64,000 nt of DNA, taken from contig JBBRPE010000004.1 in the NCBI GenBank assembly GCA_038228545.1, positions 161 through 64,160 on the forward strand, written 5' to 3'. Source of the stretch: Minisyncoccia bacterium. GTDB taxonomy: Bacteria > Patescibacteriota > Minisyncoccia > Phycocordibacterales > Phycocordibacteraceae. The position numbers were made by a program, and so were the translations under genes. The notes below the pieces were generated by a model, which saw only the letters and a program-made list of their open reading frames with translations, had not been told where the DNA came from and searched no databases. Positions 1 through 9,593 of the stretch are shown here, piece after piece. The first letter of the stretch is position 1; each line of letters begins with the position of its first letter.

Positions 1-382
1 TCCTCCGAGGTACTGCAGGATTAACCTGCTCGATTGAAGATAAGAAACGCATCCTTATCGTACCGGTCAGGTCGATAGGAAGCACGAATTAAATGTGCCT
101 GTCCCCTTTTTCCCCTTTTCGGGCGCAAGAGAGTAACTTACAACTCCCAAGCCCGCGAGCTTTTCTTGCTCATAAATATAGTCGCGCACCCACTTTATTT
201 TCTCGTCGGAGGTCATAGTAATCGTAATGTATATGCTCCCTAAATCTACGCTTTTTGAGACGTTTTTCAAAGCTACGGCTGATTTCGGTAGCCCTGTTGA
301 CAAGTAGAAGTTGCTGCTGAAATGTCGTATCATAAAGGCGTTGGGCTTTTTACTATTGGGTCAAAATAACATTACAATTGCT

Positions 383-1810
383 ATGCGTATTCTCATAAGT
401 GCTGTTACAGCGTTATCGCTTTTTGTATCAGGTTTTGCTTTCATCCCAGCCCTTGCGTCTGCACAAACAGCAGACGATTATGGCACAGGTCAAGCAGCTA
501 CAGCAGCTTGTCCTCAACTTTCTCAAACGATGGTGCGCGGTGCGAGAGACAGCGGCACTAACCCGCAAGGACAGGTAACGCAGCTGCAAAGCTTTCTTGC
601 CGACTACTATAATATTGACCCTCAAGAAATCGCGACGGGTTATTTTGGTCGCATTACGCAGGGGTATGTTATCCAGTTCCAAAAAGAGCAAGGACTGCCG
701 TCTTTTGGTATTGCAGGTCAACTCACGCGTGCAGCTATAGCAAAAGTTTGCTCCCAAACTCCTACGACTACGCAGACAAATACCCAAAACACGACACAGA
801 CCAATACTTCAAACACAAATACCACAGCCCCGAAAACTCCTACCAAACCAACGACGGTCTCAGCAGTTGGCGCAACCACAATCGCACTTACTTATCCGCA
901 AGCAGGAAGCGTACTTGCAAACAACAGTGCTAAAAGCAACAACCAGATTGCGACAATTCAATGGAATGAGCAGGGTGGAAATTACCCAATATCACTCTGG
1001 CTACAAAATTCAAATGGCCAAATTGTAAAAGCTATTGCTACCAATATCGCAGACACAGGCAGTTACGTATGGGCGAGTGACCTGTCGCTTCCGACTGGCA
1101 CTTACCAAATCAGAATTGACGTGCTATATCCGTCGGGTGCAAGCGGTCAGGACAGTGCATATAGTGGATATTTCACGCTTCAAAACCAATCACCTTCAAT
1201 TACAGTCACGTATCCTGCTGGCGGTGAACAACTCCAATACAATACTGGTAAAGATGTTGATTTTAGAGTGAACTGGGCAACATCTAATTACTCAAATACT
1301 GTCAACGTTTACCTCGTATCGTCTTCAGGTTCGCAGTGTCTTATCGGTTCCACATCTTCAAGTAATGGCACGTTCCCAATAACTATTGGCGCGAACTTCC
1401 AATGTGCGAATGGTCAGCCAGTGCCTACCTCAGGGCAATACAAAGTGGAAGTTTCAGGTGACGACGGTATCGGCGACGGAAAGGAGGTCGGTAGTTTGAG
1501 CGGCAGCTTTAAGCTTTCTCCCGCGCAATCAACACAGCCGTCCGCTACCATCACAAGTTCTCTCCAAGCCAGCACTCAAGGTAAAAGTGCTGGGCTGGTG
1601 ACCGTTTCTGGTACTGCATCAAACGTCAATCAAGTTATGGTGAGTATCAAGGGACAAACACCCGCATACGCTACCGTTACATACGGCGCGTGGTCAGGAA
1701 CGATTACAAGCGTTTACCCGAACACTTACACGGTTCAGGTAATTGACAACGATGCTGGTGCCAACAACGGTACTGTGCTTGCATCAGGTACGTTGACGGT
1801 CACGCAGTAA
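383..1810 (+). CDS. Secreted protein: signal peptide, PG_binding_1-like peptidoglycan-binding domain, T/N-rich linker, repeated Ig-like beta domains
   Basis: Track ORF 311..1810. The internal Met MRILISAVTALSLFVSGFAFIPALASA reads as a signal peptide. The segment GYFGRITQGYVIQFQKEQGLPSFGIAGQLTRAAIAKV matches the peptidoglycan-binding (PG_binding_1) pattern. A TQTNTQNT low-complexity linker follows, then repeated beta-rich modules. Confidence 0.5.
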   Translation: MRILISAVTALSLFVSGFAFIPALASAQTADDYGTGQAATAACPQLSQTMVRGARDSGTNPQGQVTQLQSFLADYYNIDPQEIATGYFGRITQGYVIQFQKEQGLPSFGIAGQLTRAAIAKVCSQTPTTTQTNTQNTTQTNTSNTNTTAPKTPTKPTTVSAVGATTIALTYPQAGSVLANNSAKSNNQIATIQWNEQGGNYPISLWLQNSNGQIVKAIATNIADTGSYVWASDLSLPTGTYQIRIDVLYPSGASGQDSAYSGYFTLQNQSPSITVTYPAGGEQLQYNTGKDVDFRVNWATSNYSNTVNVYLVSSSGSQCLIGSTSSSNGTFPITIGANFQCANGQPVPTSGQYKVEVSGDDGIGDGKEVGSLSGSFKLSPAQSTQPSATITSSLQASTQGKSAGLVTVSGTASNVNQVMVSIKGQTPAYATVTYGAWSGTITSVYPNTYTVQVIDNDAGANNGTVLASGTLTVTQ

Positions 1811-1828
1811 ATAGCATAGAAAATAAAC

Positions 1829-1858
1829 AAAACACCGCTCGTAACAGGGCGGTGTTTT
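1829..1858 (+). terminator. Rho-independent terminator
   Basis: Hairpin aacaccgc...gcggtgtt followed by TTTTG, directly after the stop at 1810. Confidence 0.6.
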
Positions 1859-2259
1859 GCTATGGTTTAGGCAGTAGCCATCAGGTCTGATATAAAGATT
1901 TGGTAGGCAAAGTTTGACTTTCCACCCAAAAGAGCAGTTCCAACATCGTCCAAGACCCCCAGCAAATGAAAAACCCCGAAAGGGGTCTTTTCATTTGTTG
2001 CGGGAAGCAGACTTGGGAAGTCTGCGGCTAGGACTCGAAGATGTTGCGAGCATAATCAGGGAGCGAAGCGACCCAGATTATCCGCAACGTATACTGCTCC
2101 GTAGGGAGAGAGTCCTAGTCTCGCAGCTTGTTCACAAATTTCACTGGCTGGATGGTATTAGAACCACTCATCATTGTAAAATTGTTATAGTTTAGTTATT
2201 CATACATAATTTGGTGTTTCTTAAGTAAGACGGTTCTATACAAAACGGACAACAATACT

Positions 2260-3027
2260 ATGAAATTAATAGGAAAAACAATCTTGATTACAGGAGGGGC
2301 ATCGGGCATTGGGCTCGAGGCGGCTAAACAGTTTTTGTCCCATGGTCTGAAAGTTATTATTACAGGCCGAGAACAAGAAAAGCTGAATGAAATAAAAAAG
2401 TTATACCCAGGTTTAATCACTATTAAAAGTGACCTAACGAGTGCTGAAGATGCGAAGTCACTTTTGAACCAAGTTAAAGAGTGTGGCGGGATTGATATTT
2501 TGTACAATAACGCAGGCGTCATGAGTCGACCTGCAAACTTAGGAATTACAAATGACAGTCATTTTGCAAATGCAACAAACGAAATAAACACAAACTATCT
2601 GGGAGTGATTCGCCTCAACAATCTTTTTATCGACATGCTGAATTCCAGAGAAGAAGCTGCGATCATTAATACCACTTCGATATTGAGCTACGTGCCGTTC
2701 ATCCTTGCGCCCACATATGCAGCGTCGAAAGTAGCCTTGCGCTTCTATACGGAATCGCTTAGGAGTCATTTGCTAATTATTGGTAGCAAGATCAAAATAT
2801 TTGAATTATTGCCGCCAGTAGTAGCTACTCGCATGGCCGACAATCTCGACACACAAACGATTACCCCGACAAGATTAGTTCAAGCACTGATTGGTGGACT
2901 TACAAAAGACCGGTACACAATACGAGTTGGTAATACAAAATTGGTGTATTTATTGAGTCGACTTTCACCAAAATTAGTATTCAACATTCTTAATTCCAAG
3001 AAGAATGCTCGTTTATTGCAAAAATAA
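2260..3027 (+). CDS. Short-chain dehydrogenase/reductase (SDR) family oxidoreductase
   Basis: N-terminal TGGASGIGLEAAKQF Rossmann motif and YAASK catalytic Tyr-x3-Lys motif. Lies in a low-GC (~40%) island. Confidence 0.8.
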   Translation: MKLIGKTILITGGASGIGLEAAKQFLSHGLKVIITGREQEKLNEIKKLYPGLITIKSDLTSAEDAKSLLNQVKECGGIDILYNNAGVMSRPANLGITNDSHFANATNEINTNYLGVIRLNNLFIDMLNSREEAAIINTTSILSYVPFILAPTYAASKVALRFYTESLRSHLLIIGSKIKIFELLPPVVATRMADNLDTQTITPTRLVQALIGGLTKDRYTIRVGNTKLVYLLSRLSPKLVFNILNSKKNARLLQK

Positions 3028-3511
3028 TCTTTGTCTTATGCTTGGCACTAGTAAACCGATGCTCTTGCAAAGCTCATGTGCATGCGGAACTTGTGGCGTC
3101 GAAGCGACAGTGATTCCAGTAGATCGATTTGTTTGTCACTGCTTGTTTTGCCAAACGTTTACAGGTATGCCGTTTTCGGATGTTACCATCTTTCGTGCTA
3201 AGGATGTTGCTATAAAAAATCCCGATAATCTTTCGTTTAAGAAATATCGGTGGCTTCCCCCACGACTTAATCGGGGACACTGCAGCACTTGCGGAAAACC
3301 GGTTGTTGAGTTGAGTGGCTCAGGATTATTTGCGCTTGTCTTTATCCCAAGTAATAGTTTTTCAAAACAAGAACTGCTACCAGTAATTCAACGGCACACT
3401 TTCTATCATCGACGCATACGAGATGCAGACGACCATTTGCCCAAACACAGCAGTTTTTTGAGTAGTCAACTAGTGCTTATAAAGATGTCTATTCATACCT
3501 TGTTACGTTAG
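3005..3511 (+). CDS. GFA/CENP-V family protein (glutathione-dependent formaldehyde-activating enzyme-like, Zn-binding)
   Basis: CACGTCG...CHCLFCQ...G..F and HCSTCGKPV cysteine motifs match the GFA domain pattern. The true start is probably an internal Met (3038 or 3059). Confidence 0.55.
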   Translation: MLVYCKNNLCLMLGTSKPMLLQSSCACGTCGVEATVIPVDRFVCHCLFCQTFTGMPFSDVTIFRAKDVAIKNPDNLSFKKYRWLPPRLNRGHCSTCGKPVVELSGSGLFALVFIPSNSFSKQELLPVIQRHTFYHRRIRDADDHLPKHSSFLSSQLVLIKMSIHTLLR

Positions 3512-3628
3512 AGCCCATTTGGACAGGAATGGTCAGATCCACTGGCTGGATTCGAGGCTAGATACTGCCTAAAAAAGTTCCCACGTCGTACCAAATTCCG
3601 GCCACAAAAGCTGACGTATGCTGGGCAC

Positions 3629-3978
3629 ATGCTCAAACAGAATCTGTATGCGACTCCCTTCGCAAGGGTCTATCCGTACTACATTGCGAAGGCTGAGAAA
3701 AAAGCCGAACAAAAGCAGAAGTCGATAAGATAATTCGTTGGTTAACGGGGTATACCTCGAAGGGACTGGAAACACAACTGAAGAAACAAACAGACTTTGA
3801 GACTTTTTATACCAAGGCTCCCAAAATGAATCCTTCGCGAGTGTTAATTACTGGTGTGATTTGCGGTATTCGCGTCGAAGAAATTAAAGACCCGCTTATG
3901 CAGGAAATTCGTTATTTCGATAAATTAATAGATGAATTGGCAAAGGGGAAAGAAATGTCCAAGATTTTGAGAACGTAA
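3629..3978 (+). pseudogene. DUF2200-like small protein gene split by a frameshift at an A6 homopolymer (3698-3703)
   Basis: Frame 1 (3629..3733) reads [34 protein letters not shown]. Frame 2 continues ...[90 protein letters not shown] and ends at 3978. Adding one A to the gagAAAAAAgcc run fuses them into a single ~111-aa protein. The DUF2200 assignment is from memory of the family. Confidence 0.5.
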
Positions 3979-4039
3979 TTCTCCGGTTCGGTTAACACGT
4001 TCGTGCCTACTGTATTTACAGTGATTCTAAGTTCTGAAT

Positions 4040-4342
4040 CTAGTACGATTGCAAGCTCACAAACGTAAGTGTGATTAGTGTTACTGCACCGAATATACCG
4101 AGAGATTTTAGAAAATACGACAGCGCTTCAGCCTTCTTATTTTCTATCAGTTTGAGTACTGGTTGATAGAAAAAGAGAAACGCCATAATCGCTGCTGAAA
4201 ACACCACGAGTGAAATCAATCCCATACTGTCAAGCAGTGTGTCCGGAGTGTCGTGACGAAGTGAACCAATAAAGTGTATAAACAGTGCCACGGCACCAAT
4301 ATAGGCTGCAGCCGTGAATGCACTTAGAAACGGATTCTTCAT
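4040..4342 (-). CDS. Small integral membrane protein (3 predicted TM helices), function unknown
   Basis: 100-aa ORF with hydrophobic segments AAYIGAVALFIHFIG, LISLVVFSAAIMAFLFF and LGIFGAVTLITLTFV. Confidence 0.45.
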   Translation of the reverse strand: MKNPFLSAFTAAAYIGAVALFIHFIGSLRHDTPDTLLDSMGLISLVVFSAAIMAFLFFYQPVLKLIENKKAEALSYFLKSLGIFGAVTLITLTFVSLQSY

Positions 4343-4479
4343 ATAGTGACTATAACCCCATAGAAGCCCCTCTAGTTACTGGTGGAAGAACTGCAACGGT
4401 AATCGCAGCAGCACCGTGCTTGGAAAAGATATATACTAGGGAGGTAAAAGAGTGTTTCTATAAATAACCGTTTCAATAT

Positions 4480-4812
4480 ATGAAGAAATTTATGGTGCTG
4501 TATATGATGCCGGCCGCAGTAATGGCTGAGATGATGAAAAACAGTACTCCAGAAATGAGAGAGAAGGGAATGAAGGAATGGAAGGATTGGATGGAAACCC
4601 ACAAAGCTGACCTCGCTGAATTTGGCGGCTCGTTTGGGAAAAATATGCGTGTCACCAAAGAAGGCGGAACCATGCAGTCAAATGACCTTGGCGGCTATTC
4701 TGTTATTCAAGCTGAATCGCAGGAAGCAGTAGCCAACATTTTGGCAGACAATCCGAGTTTTTCCGACATGCCCGGTTCTTACATTGAGGTCATGGAAATC
4801 ATGACGATGTAA
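4480..4812 (+). CDS. Hypothetical small cytoplasmic protein
   Basis: 110-aa ORF with protein-like composition. A terminator hairpin lies downstream at 4844..4868 (acccct...aggggt + GTTTT). Confidence 0.4.
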   Translation: MKKFMVLYMMPAAVMAEMMKNSTPEMREKGMKEWKDWMETHKADLAEFGGSFGKNMRVTKEGGTMQSNDLGGYSVIQAESQEAVANILADNPSFSDMPGSYIEVMEIMTM

Positions 4813-4843
4813 AGCAGGGTGTGCGGGACGTAGTAAGTAAAAT

Positions 4844-4868
4844 ACCCCTTCGCTAAAGGGGTGTTTTA
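4844..4868 (+). terminator. Rho-independent terminator
   Basis: acccct tcgctaa aggggt followed by GTTTT. Confidence 0.5.
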
Positions 4869-4972
4869 CTTTCAGGGTTGTGGCGTCGTACCACAGGTAG
4901 TCGCTTCTTTCTCCGTGGTAGCGGTGTATGGCACCTCATGAATCCTACAGACAATTTTGTTATACTGCGGGC

Positions 4973-5458
4973 ATGCAAAAAATCACACCCTTTCTCTGGT
5001 TCGATAGTGAGGCTGAAGAGGCAGCGCAATTCTATGTAACTATCTTTCCAAACGCAAAACTCGGTGACGTCGTGCGATTCCCGGGTGGTGGGGAAGAAGT
5101 GACGGGTAAACCTACTGGGTCGGTAATGACAGCAGAATTCGAAATTGACGGACAAAAATTCGTAGGTCTAAATGGTGGCCCACACTTTAAATTCTCTGAA
5201 GCTGTTTCGTTCCTTATCGGATGTAAGGACCAGGAAGAAATAGATTACTACTGGGAGAAGCTCGCCGAAGGAGGGACTGAAAGTCAGTGTGGCTGGCTCA
5301 AAGATAAATTCGGACTCTCCTGGCAGGTAGCGCCGACAAACATGGCAGAGTTTATGAAAGGCTCTACACCGGAGGGCTCAAAAGCTGCAATGCAGGCAAT
5401 GCTGAAGATGAAAAAAATAGTCATCGCCGACCTCGAAGCTGCACGTGATTCGGTGTAA
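4973..5458 (+). CDS. VOC superfamily protein, PhnB-like (3-demethylubiquinone-9 3-methyltransferase domain)
   Basis: MQKITPFLWFDSEAEEAAQFY...FEIDGQKFVGLNGGPHFKFSEAVSFLIGCKDQEEIDYYWEKL is typical of PhnB/glyoxalase-like DUF (PF06983). The start is taken at an internal Met of track ORF 4928..5458. Confidence 0.7.
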   Translation: MQKITPFLWFDSEAEEAAQFYVTIFPNAKLGDVVRFPGGGEEVTGKPTGSVMTAEFEIDGQKFVGLNGGPHFKFSEAVSFLIGCKDQEEIDYYWEKLAEGGTESQCGWLKDKFGLSWQVAPTNMAEFMKGSTPEGSKAAMQAMLKMKKIVIADLEAARDSV

Positions 5459-5460
5459 GA

Positions 5461-6084
5461 ATGAAAAAGCCTCAGGTAAAGCGAGCGGAGCTTGCGCATC
5501 AGTCTTTGGTGCCAGGGCCGGAAGTGTATGCAACTGACTCACTACTGGTGGGTCTTGCATTTGCAGACACAAAAATCGGAGTGCTCACATTTGATGAGTC
5601 CGTCATTGAGAGTAGCGCATTCACTAGTATGAAAGCAGCAGAGCTATCCTTCAGTGACTGCATTGTTGAGAAATGCGATTTCACGGGAGCAGAGCTTAAT
5701 TCAGCACAGATGAATCGTGTGCATATAAAAGGCTCTCGTATGCAAGGAACCAGTCTCCCGGAAGCCTTGATAACGGATACTCGTATAGAGGTATCGAAGC
5801 TGAACGATGCCAACTTCCGGTTCTCAAAGTTGAAAGGAGTTTCCTTTGAGAGGTGCGAGATGGAAGGTGTGGACTTTATGGGTTGCACGCTCGAAGACGT
5901 TGCGTTTCTCAACTGTAATCTAAAAGGAGCACAGTTCTTGAAAGTAAAAATGAATGACGTGCGCCTTACAACTTCCGAGATAGAAGATATCAAGATAGAT
6001 AAGGACAGCATCGCCAAAGTTACGGTCTCAAGTGCTCAGGCGCTCTATCTCTCGGGTGTACTCGGCCTTACGATAGAAGATTAA
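5461..6084 (+). CDS. Pentapeptide-repeat protein (Qnr/MfpA-like)
   Basis: Tandem A(D/N)LxG-type pentapeptides: AELSFSDCIVEKCDFTGAELNSAQMNRVHIKGSRMQGTSL...ANFRFSKLKGVSFERCEMEGVDFMGCTLEDVAFLNCNLKGAQF. ~207 aa, as for Qnr-family proteins. Confidence 0.7.
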   Translation: MKKPQVKRAELAHQSLVPGPEVYATDSLLVGLAFADTKIGVLTFDESVIESSAFTSMKAAELSFSDCIVEKCDFTGAELNSAQMNRVHIKGSRMQGTSLPEALITDTRIEVSKLNDANFRFSKLKGVSFERCEMEGVDFMGCTLEDVAFLNCNLKGAQFLKVKMNDVRLTTSEIEDIKIDKDSIAKVTVSSAQALYLSGVLGLTIED

Positions 6085-6114
6085 GAACTCGTTAGGGCCT
6101 GGTAGACTAAGAGT

Positions 6115-6828
6115 ATGACTCGCGTACCCACCCACAAAGAGCTCCATACCGGCTCAATGAACAATCGCCTGAATTGGCTTCGGGCATCGGTGCTCGGTGT
6201 GAATGACGGCATCATCTCGCTTGCGGCGCTTGTGGTGGGTGTTGCTGGTGCTTCAGCTACCTCAGGAACTATCCTCGTTACAGGCATCGCTGGGCTCATC
6301 GCCGGGTCACTTTCCATGATGGTAGGCGAGTACGTCTCCGTATCCAGCCAACGCGATACTGAGCGCGTACTCCTTGAAAAGGAACGTCATGAACTCAAGC
6401 ATGAGGCAGAAAGCGAACTCGCTGAGCTGACGGATATATATGAGCGAAAAGGACTTACACCCGCGACCGCGAAGCAGGTCGCGCTTGAACTTACTGCACA
6501 TGACGCATTTACCGCGCATGTGGAAGCAGAGCTCGGTATTGATCCCAATAACTTAACCAATCCATGGCAGGCAGGTATCGCGTCAGCCATTGCGTACTCA
6601 GTCGGTGCACTCATTCCACTACTTACTATCGTACTTTCCCCGATAGGGACGCGCGTTACGGCTACGTTTGCGGCTGTGCTCGTGGCACTTATCATCACTG
6701 GTATCGTCAGTGCGAAGGTTACTGGAGCACGCGTGCTTCCCGTCACTGTGCGCGTCGTGCTTGGCGGCATATTCGCAATGGTGGTTACCTTCGGTATTGG
6801 TAAGCTCTTCAACGTATCAGTTCATTAG
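6115..6828 (+). CDS. VIT1/CCC1 family iron/manganese transporter
   Basis: NWLRASVLGVNDGIISLAALVVGVAGA signature of the VIT family (PF01988), an internal charged loop, and C-terminal TM helices. Confidence 0.75.
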   Translation: MTRVPTHKELHTGSMNNRLNWLRASVLGVNDGIISLAALVVGVAGASATSGTILVTGIAGLIAGSLSMMVGEYVSVSSQRDTERVLLEKERHELKHEAESELAELTDIYERKGLTPATAKQVALELTAHDAFTAHVEAELGIDPNNLTNPWQAGIASAIAYSVGALIPLLTIVLSPIGTRVTATFAAVLVALIITGIVSAKVTGARVLPVTVRVVLGGIFAMVVTFGIGKLFNVSVH

Positions 6829-6871
6829 TCGGAACCTGGCACAGGATGCCTAACCTGGTACACTCCACACC

Positions 6872-7756
6872 ATGTACGACGTACTGCTTTTCTATTCATA
6901 CGTAACGGTCGAAGACCCACAAGCCCTTATGGAGTGGGTGCGTACGACAGCACAGAAGCTCGACCTTACTGGTCGAGTGCTTATTGCTGAAGAAGGAATC
7001 AACGGAACACTTGAGGGTCTTCCCGAAAATACGGCACTATTTGCCGAGGCTATCACTAGCGACGCTCGCTTTGCAGATATGTCGATAAAGCACAGTGCCG
7101 GAACGGGAGATGCGTTTAAGAAACTCTCTATAAAGGTACGTGATGAAATAGTGGGTACGCAGTTTCCAAAGGACGTAGACCCACGAACAAAGACCGGAAC
7201 ACGCCTTACTCCTGAAGAGCTCCGTAGTTGGTATGAAACCGGTCGCGATTTCGAAATTATCGATATGCGTAATGACTACGAATTCCGTTCCGGGCACTTT
7301 AAGAATTCAATAAATCCGGGACTTGAGGCGTCGAGAGATTTACCGAGCGCACTCCCTAAACTCGAAGGACTTAAAGACAAGACCGTACTTACCGTCTGCA
7401 CCGGAGGCGTGCGGTGTGAAAAGATGTCGGCCTATCTGCTCTCTCAGGGTTTCAAAGATGTCTATCAACTTGAGAATGGCATGCATGGCTACATGGAAAA
7501 ATATCCGGGACAGGATTTCGAGGGGACTCTCTACACGTTCGACGAGCGACTCACGATGGATTTCGGCGGGAATCGAGAAATAGTTGGGAAGTGCCATCTT
7601 TGTGAGTCGGCAACTGAGACCTATGTAAACTGCGGCAATAATTTCTGTCACCTGCATTTTCTCGTTTGTGAGGATTGCATCGGGGAATCAGTGACCTACT
7701 GCAGTAGCGAGTGTCGTGTACGTATAGAGGAAGCCGAACAACAGCTCCATGGCTAA
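6872..7756 (+). CDS. trhO: tRNA uridine(34) hydroxylase TrhO (rhodanese-domain protein, UPF0176/YceA family)
   Basis: N-terminal MYDVLLFYSYVTVEDPQALMEWVRTTAQKLDLTGRVLIAEEGINGTLEG is characteristic of YceA/TrhO. Rhodanese module with active-site Cys (CTGGVRCEK) and a C-terminal Cys-rich tail. Confidence 0.75.
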   Translation: MYDVLLFYSYVTVEDPQALMEWVRTTAQKLDLTGRVLIAEEGINGTLEGLPENTALFAEAITSDARFADMSIKHSAGTGDAFKKLSIKVRDEIVGTQFPKDVDPRTKTGTRLTPEELRSWYETGRDFEIIDMRNDYEFRSGHFKNSINPGLEASRDLPSALPKLEGLKDKTVLTVCTGGVRCEKMSAYLLSQGFKDVYQLENGMHGYMEKYPGQDFEGTLYTFDERLTMDFGGNREIVGKCHLCESATETYVNCGNNFCHLHFLVCEDCIGESVTYCSSECRVRIEEAEQQLHG

Positions 7757-8996
7757 GCAAAAAGTACTCCACGACGTCATCATCGTGGGTGGGGGAGCGG
7801 CGGGCATGATGGCTGCGGGAGTAGCTGCAGCAAGGGGTAAGCGCGTTCTTCTGCTTGAAAAGAACGCCAAGCTTGGCGAGAAACTTTCCATATCGGGTGG
7901 TAAACGCTGCAATATCCTCAACGCCGAACGTGACCAGAAGAAACTGCTTGCGAACTACGGAAGCTCGGAGCAATTTCTGTACTCGGCTTTTTCGAAGTTC
8001 GGCATGCAGGACTCGTTTAATTTCTTTGAAGAGCGAGGACTTCCGCTCAAAGTAGAAGCACGTAACAGAGCCTTTCCAAAAAGCGAGCACGCCCGGGATG
8101 TGGTTGATACGCTTCGTGCCTATCTCGTAGAAGGCAAGGTACAGATAAAGTTGAATGCGCAGGTCACAAAAATTAAACATAAGAATGGAACTATAGAGTG
8201 TGTCGAGGTCGCCGGTGAGCCTTTCTATGCTGACTCCTACGTGTTTGCTACTGGTGGACTCTCTCGACCTTCAACAGGTTCGACCGGAGACGGATTCAAC
8301 TGGCTTACCGAGCTCGGCCACACTGTAGCAACACCTACTCCCGCAATCGTCCCGCTCAACGTAAAAGAAAAATGGGTAAAAGACGCAGCAGGCATAGCCC
8401 TACCAAACGTAAAAGTAGCCTTTGCAGTAGACGGGGTTCGCTCTTTCTCTAAGACCGGTCCACTACTTTTCACGCATACCGGTATCTCTGGACCGGTCGT
8501 ACTTAATTCCTCGGCGAAGGTAGCAGACCTCTTTCAAGAAGGGGAAGTAACCGTACATATTGATATGTTTCCTGACCGCGACCTCGGCTCGCTTGATGAA
8601 CAGCTAACCGATTTGTTCGCACGTAACAAAAATAAAGACGTAAAGAATGTACTAAAAGAGTTCGTACCGGCCGGTATGCCGAGTGTACTGCTCTCTCGTA
8701 TACCTGAGATGCCAGCAGAAGCAAAAGTGAACGGAGTAACCAAAGAAATCCGTCGTACACTCCTCGAGCTTTCGAAGAATTTTACTCTCACCGTTACCGG
8801 ACTTGCCGGCTTCGAGAAGGCCGTGGTGGCTGACGGCGGAGTTCCACTTACCGAGATTGATATGCGCACGATGCATTCGAATACAATCGACAATTTGTTC
8901 GTTATTGGCGATTTACTCCACATCAATCGTCCGTCCGGTGGCTTCTCACTGCAGCTTTGCTGGACGCTCGGTTATACGGCAGGAATGAATGCTTAG
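7749..8996 (+). CDS. HI0933-like (BaiN/aminoacetone oxidase family) NAD(P)/FAD-dependent flavoprotein
   Basis: VIIVGGGAAGMMAAGVAAARGKRVLLLEKNAKLGEKLSISGGKRCNILN is the canonical HI0933 family N-terminus. Overlaps the trhO stop by 8 nt. Confidence 0.8.
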   Translation: MAKQKVLHDVIIVGGGAAGMMAAGVAAARGKRVLLLEKNAKLGEKLSISGGKRCNILNAERDQKKLLANYGSSEQFLYSAFSKFGMQDSFNFFEERGLPLKVEARNRAFPKSEHARDVVDTLRAYLVEGKVQIKLNAQVTKIKHKNGTIECVEVAGEPFYADSYVFATGGLSRPSTGSTGDGFNWLTELGHTVATPTPAIVPLNVKEKWVKDAAGIALPNVKVAFAVDGVRSFSKTGPLLFTHTGISGPVVLNSSAKVADLFQEGEVTVHIDMFPDRDLGSLDEQLTDLFARNKNKDVKNVLKEFVPAGMPSVLLSRIPEMPAEAKVNGVTKEIRRTLLELSKNFTLTVTGLAGFEKAVVADGGVPLTEIDMRTMHSNTIDNLFVIGDLLHINRPSGGFSLQLCWTLGYTAGMNA

Positions 8997-9549
8997 AATC
9001 TATACTAGGAATATGCCTGAACAACAGAACCCGACAGTACAAGGCCATCACCTTTTTATAGAACCTCCAGCAGAATGCTTTTCCAATCTGGAAAAACTAA
9101 TAGTAAATCTTGCAGAACAAGAAGGAGGACCGGTTTTTACTCCGCACATAACTCTCTTGGCGGGGATTGTCGAACCGTCCGTAGAAGTTTTGAGAGCAAA
9201 GGCAGAAAAAATAGCTTTAGCAACACACCCTTTTCAAATTACATTCGACTCGCTTGGCGTCGAAGACGCGCCGTTTCGAGCGCTGTACGTACGCGTCAAC
9301 CCGAGTAGGGAACTCTCTGAAATGCATAGAGTAGCACTTGATACTTTTGCTGTTACTGAAGTTTCAGAATATATGCCGCACCTGAGTTTGTTATACGGAA
9401 ACTACGCTCGCGCTCATAAAGAGAAGCTCCTTGGAGATTTTGCTTACCTGTCAGACATGCATTTTCCCGTCACGGCAATTTCGCTGTACGAAACAATGGG
9501 ACCTACCTCGACGTGGAAGAAAATTGATGAATATCTACTCGCTTCTTGA
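8989..9549 (+). CDS. 2H phosphoesterase superfamily protein (LigT/2'-5' RNA ligase-like)
   Basis: Two H-x-T/S-x motifs (HITLL and HLSLLYG) spaced as in LigT/cyclic phosphodiesterases. The start may be the internal Met at 9013. Confidence 0.6.
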   Translation: MLRIYTRNMPEQQNPTVQGHHLFIEPPAECFSNLEKLIVNLAEQEGGPVFTPHITLLAGIVEPSVEVLRAKAEKIALATHPFQITFDSLGVEDAPFRALYVRVNPSRELSEMHRVALDTFAVTEVSEYMPHLSLLYGNYARAHKEKLLGDFAYLSDMHFPVTAISLYETMGPTSTWKKIDEYLLAS

Positions 9550-9593
9550 GTCTGCTGGGATAAAAGCGCGGAATGCGGTAGGGTAGGAGAAAC

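Noticed and set aside
311-382. Upstream extension of the first secreted protein (track start 311), and minus-strand ORF 67..333
   Set aside because: The internal Met at 383 gives a canonical signal peptide; the extension lacks one. The minus ORF has no RBS, overlaps the promoter region, and may be a truncated fragment at the window edge.
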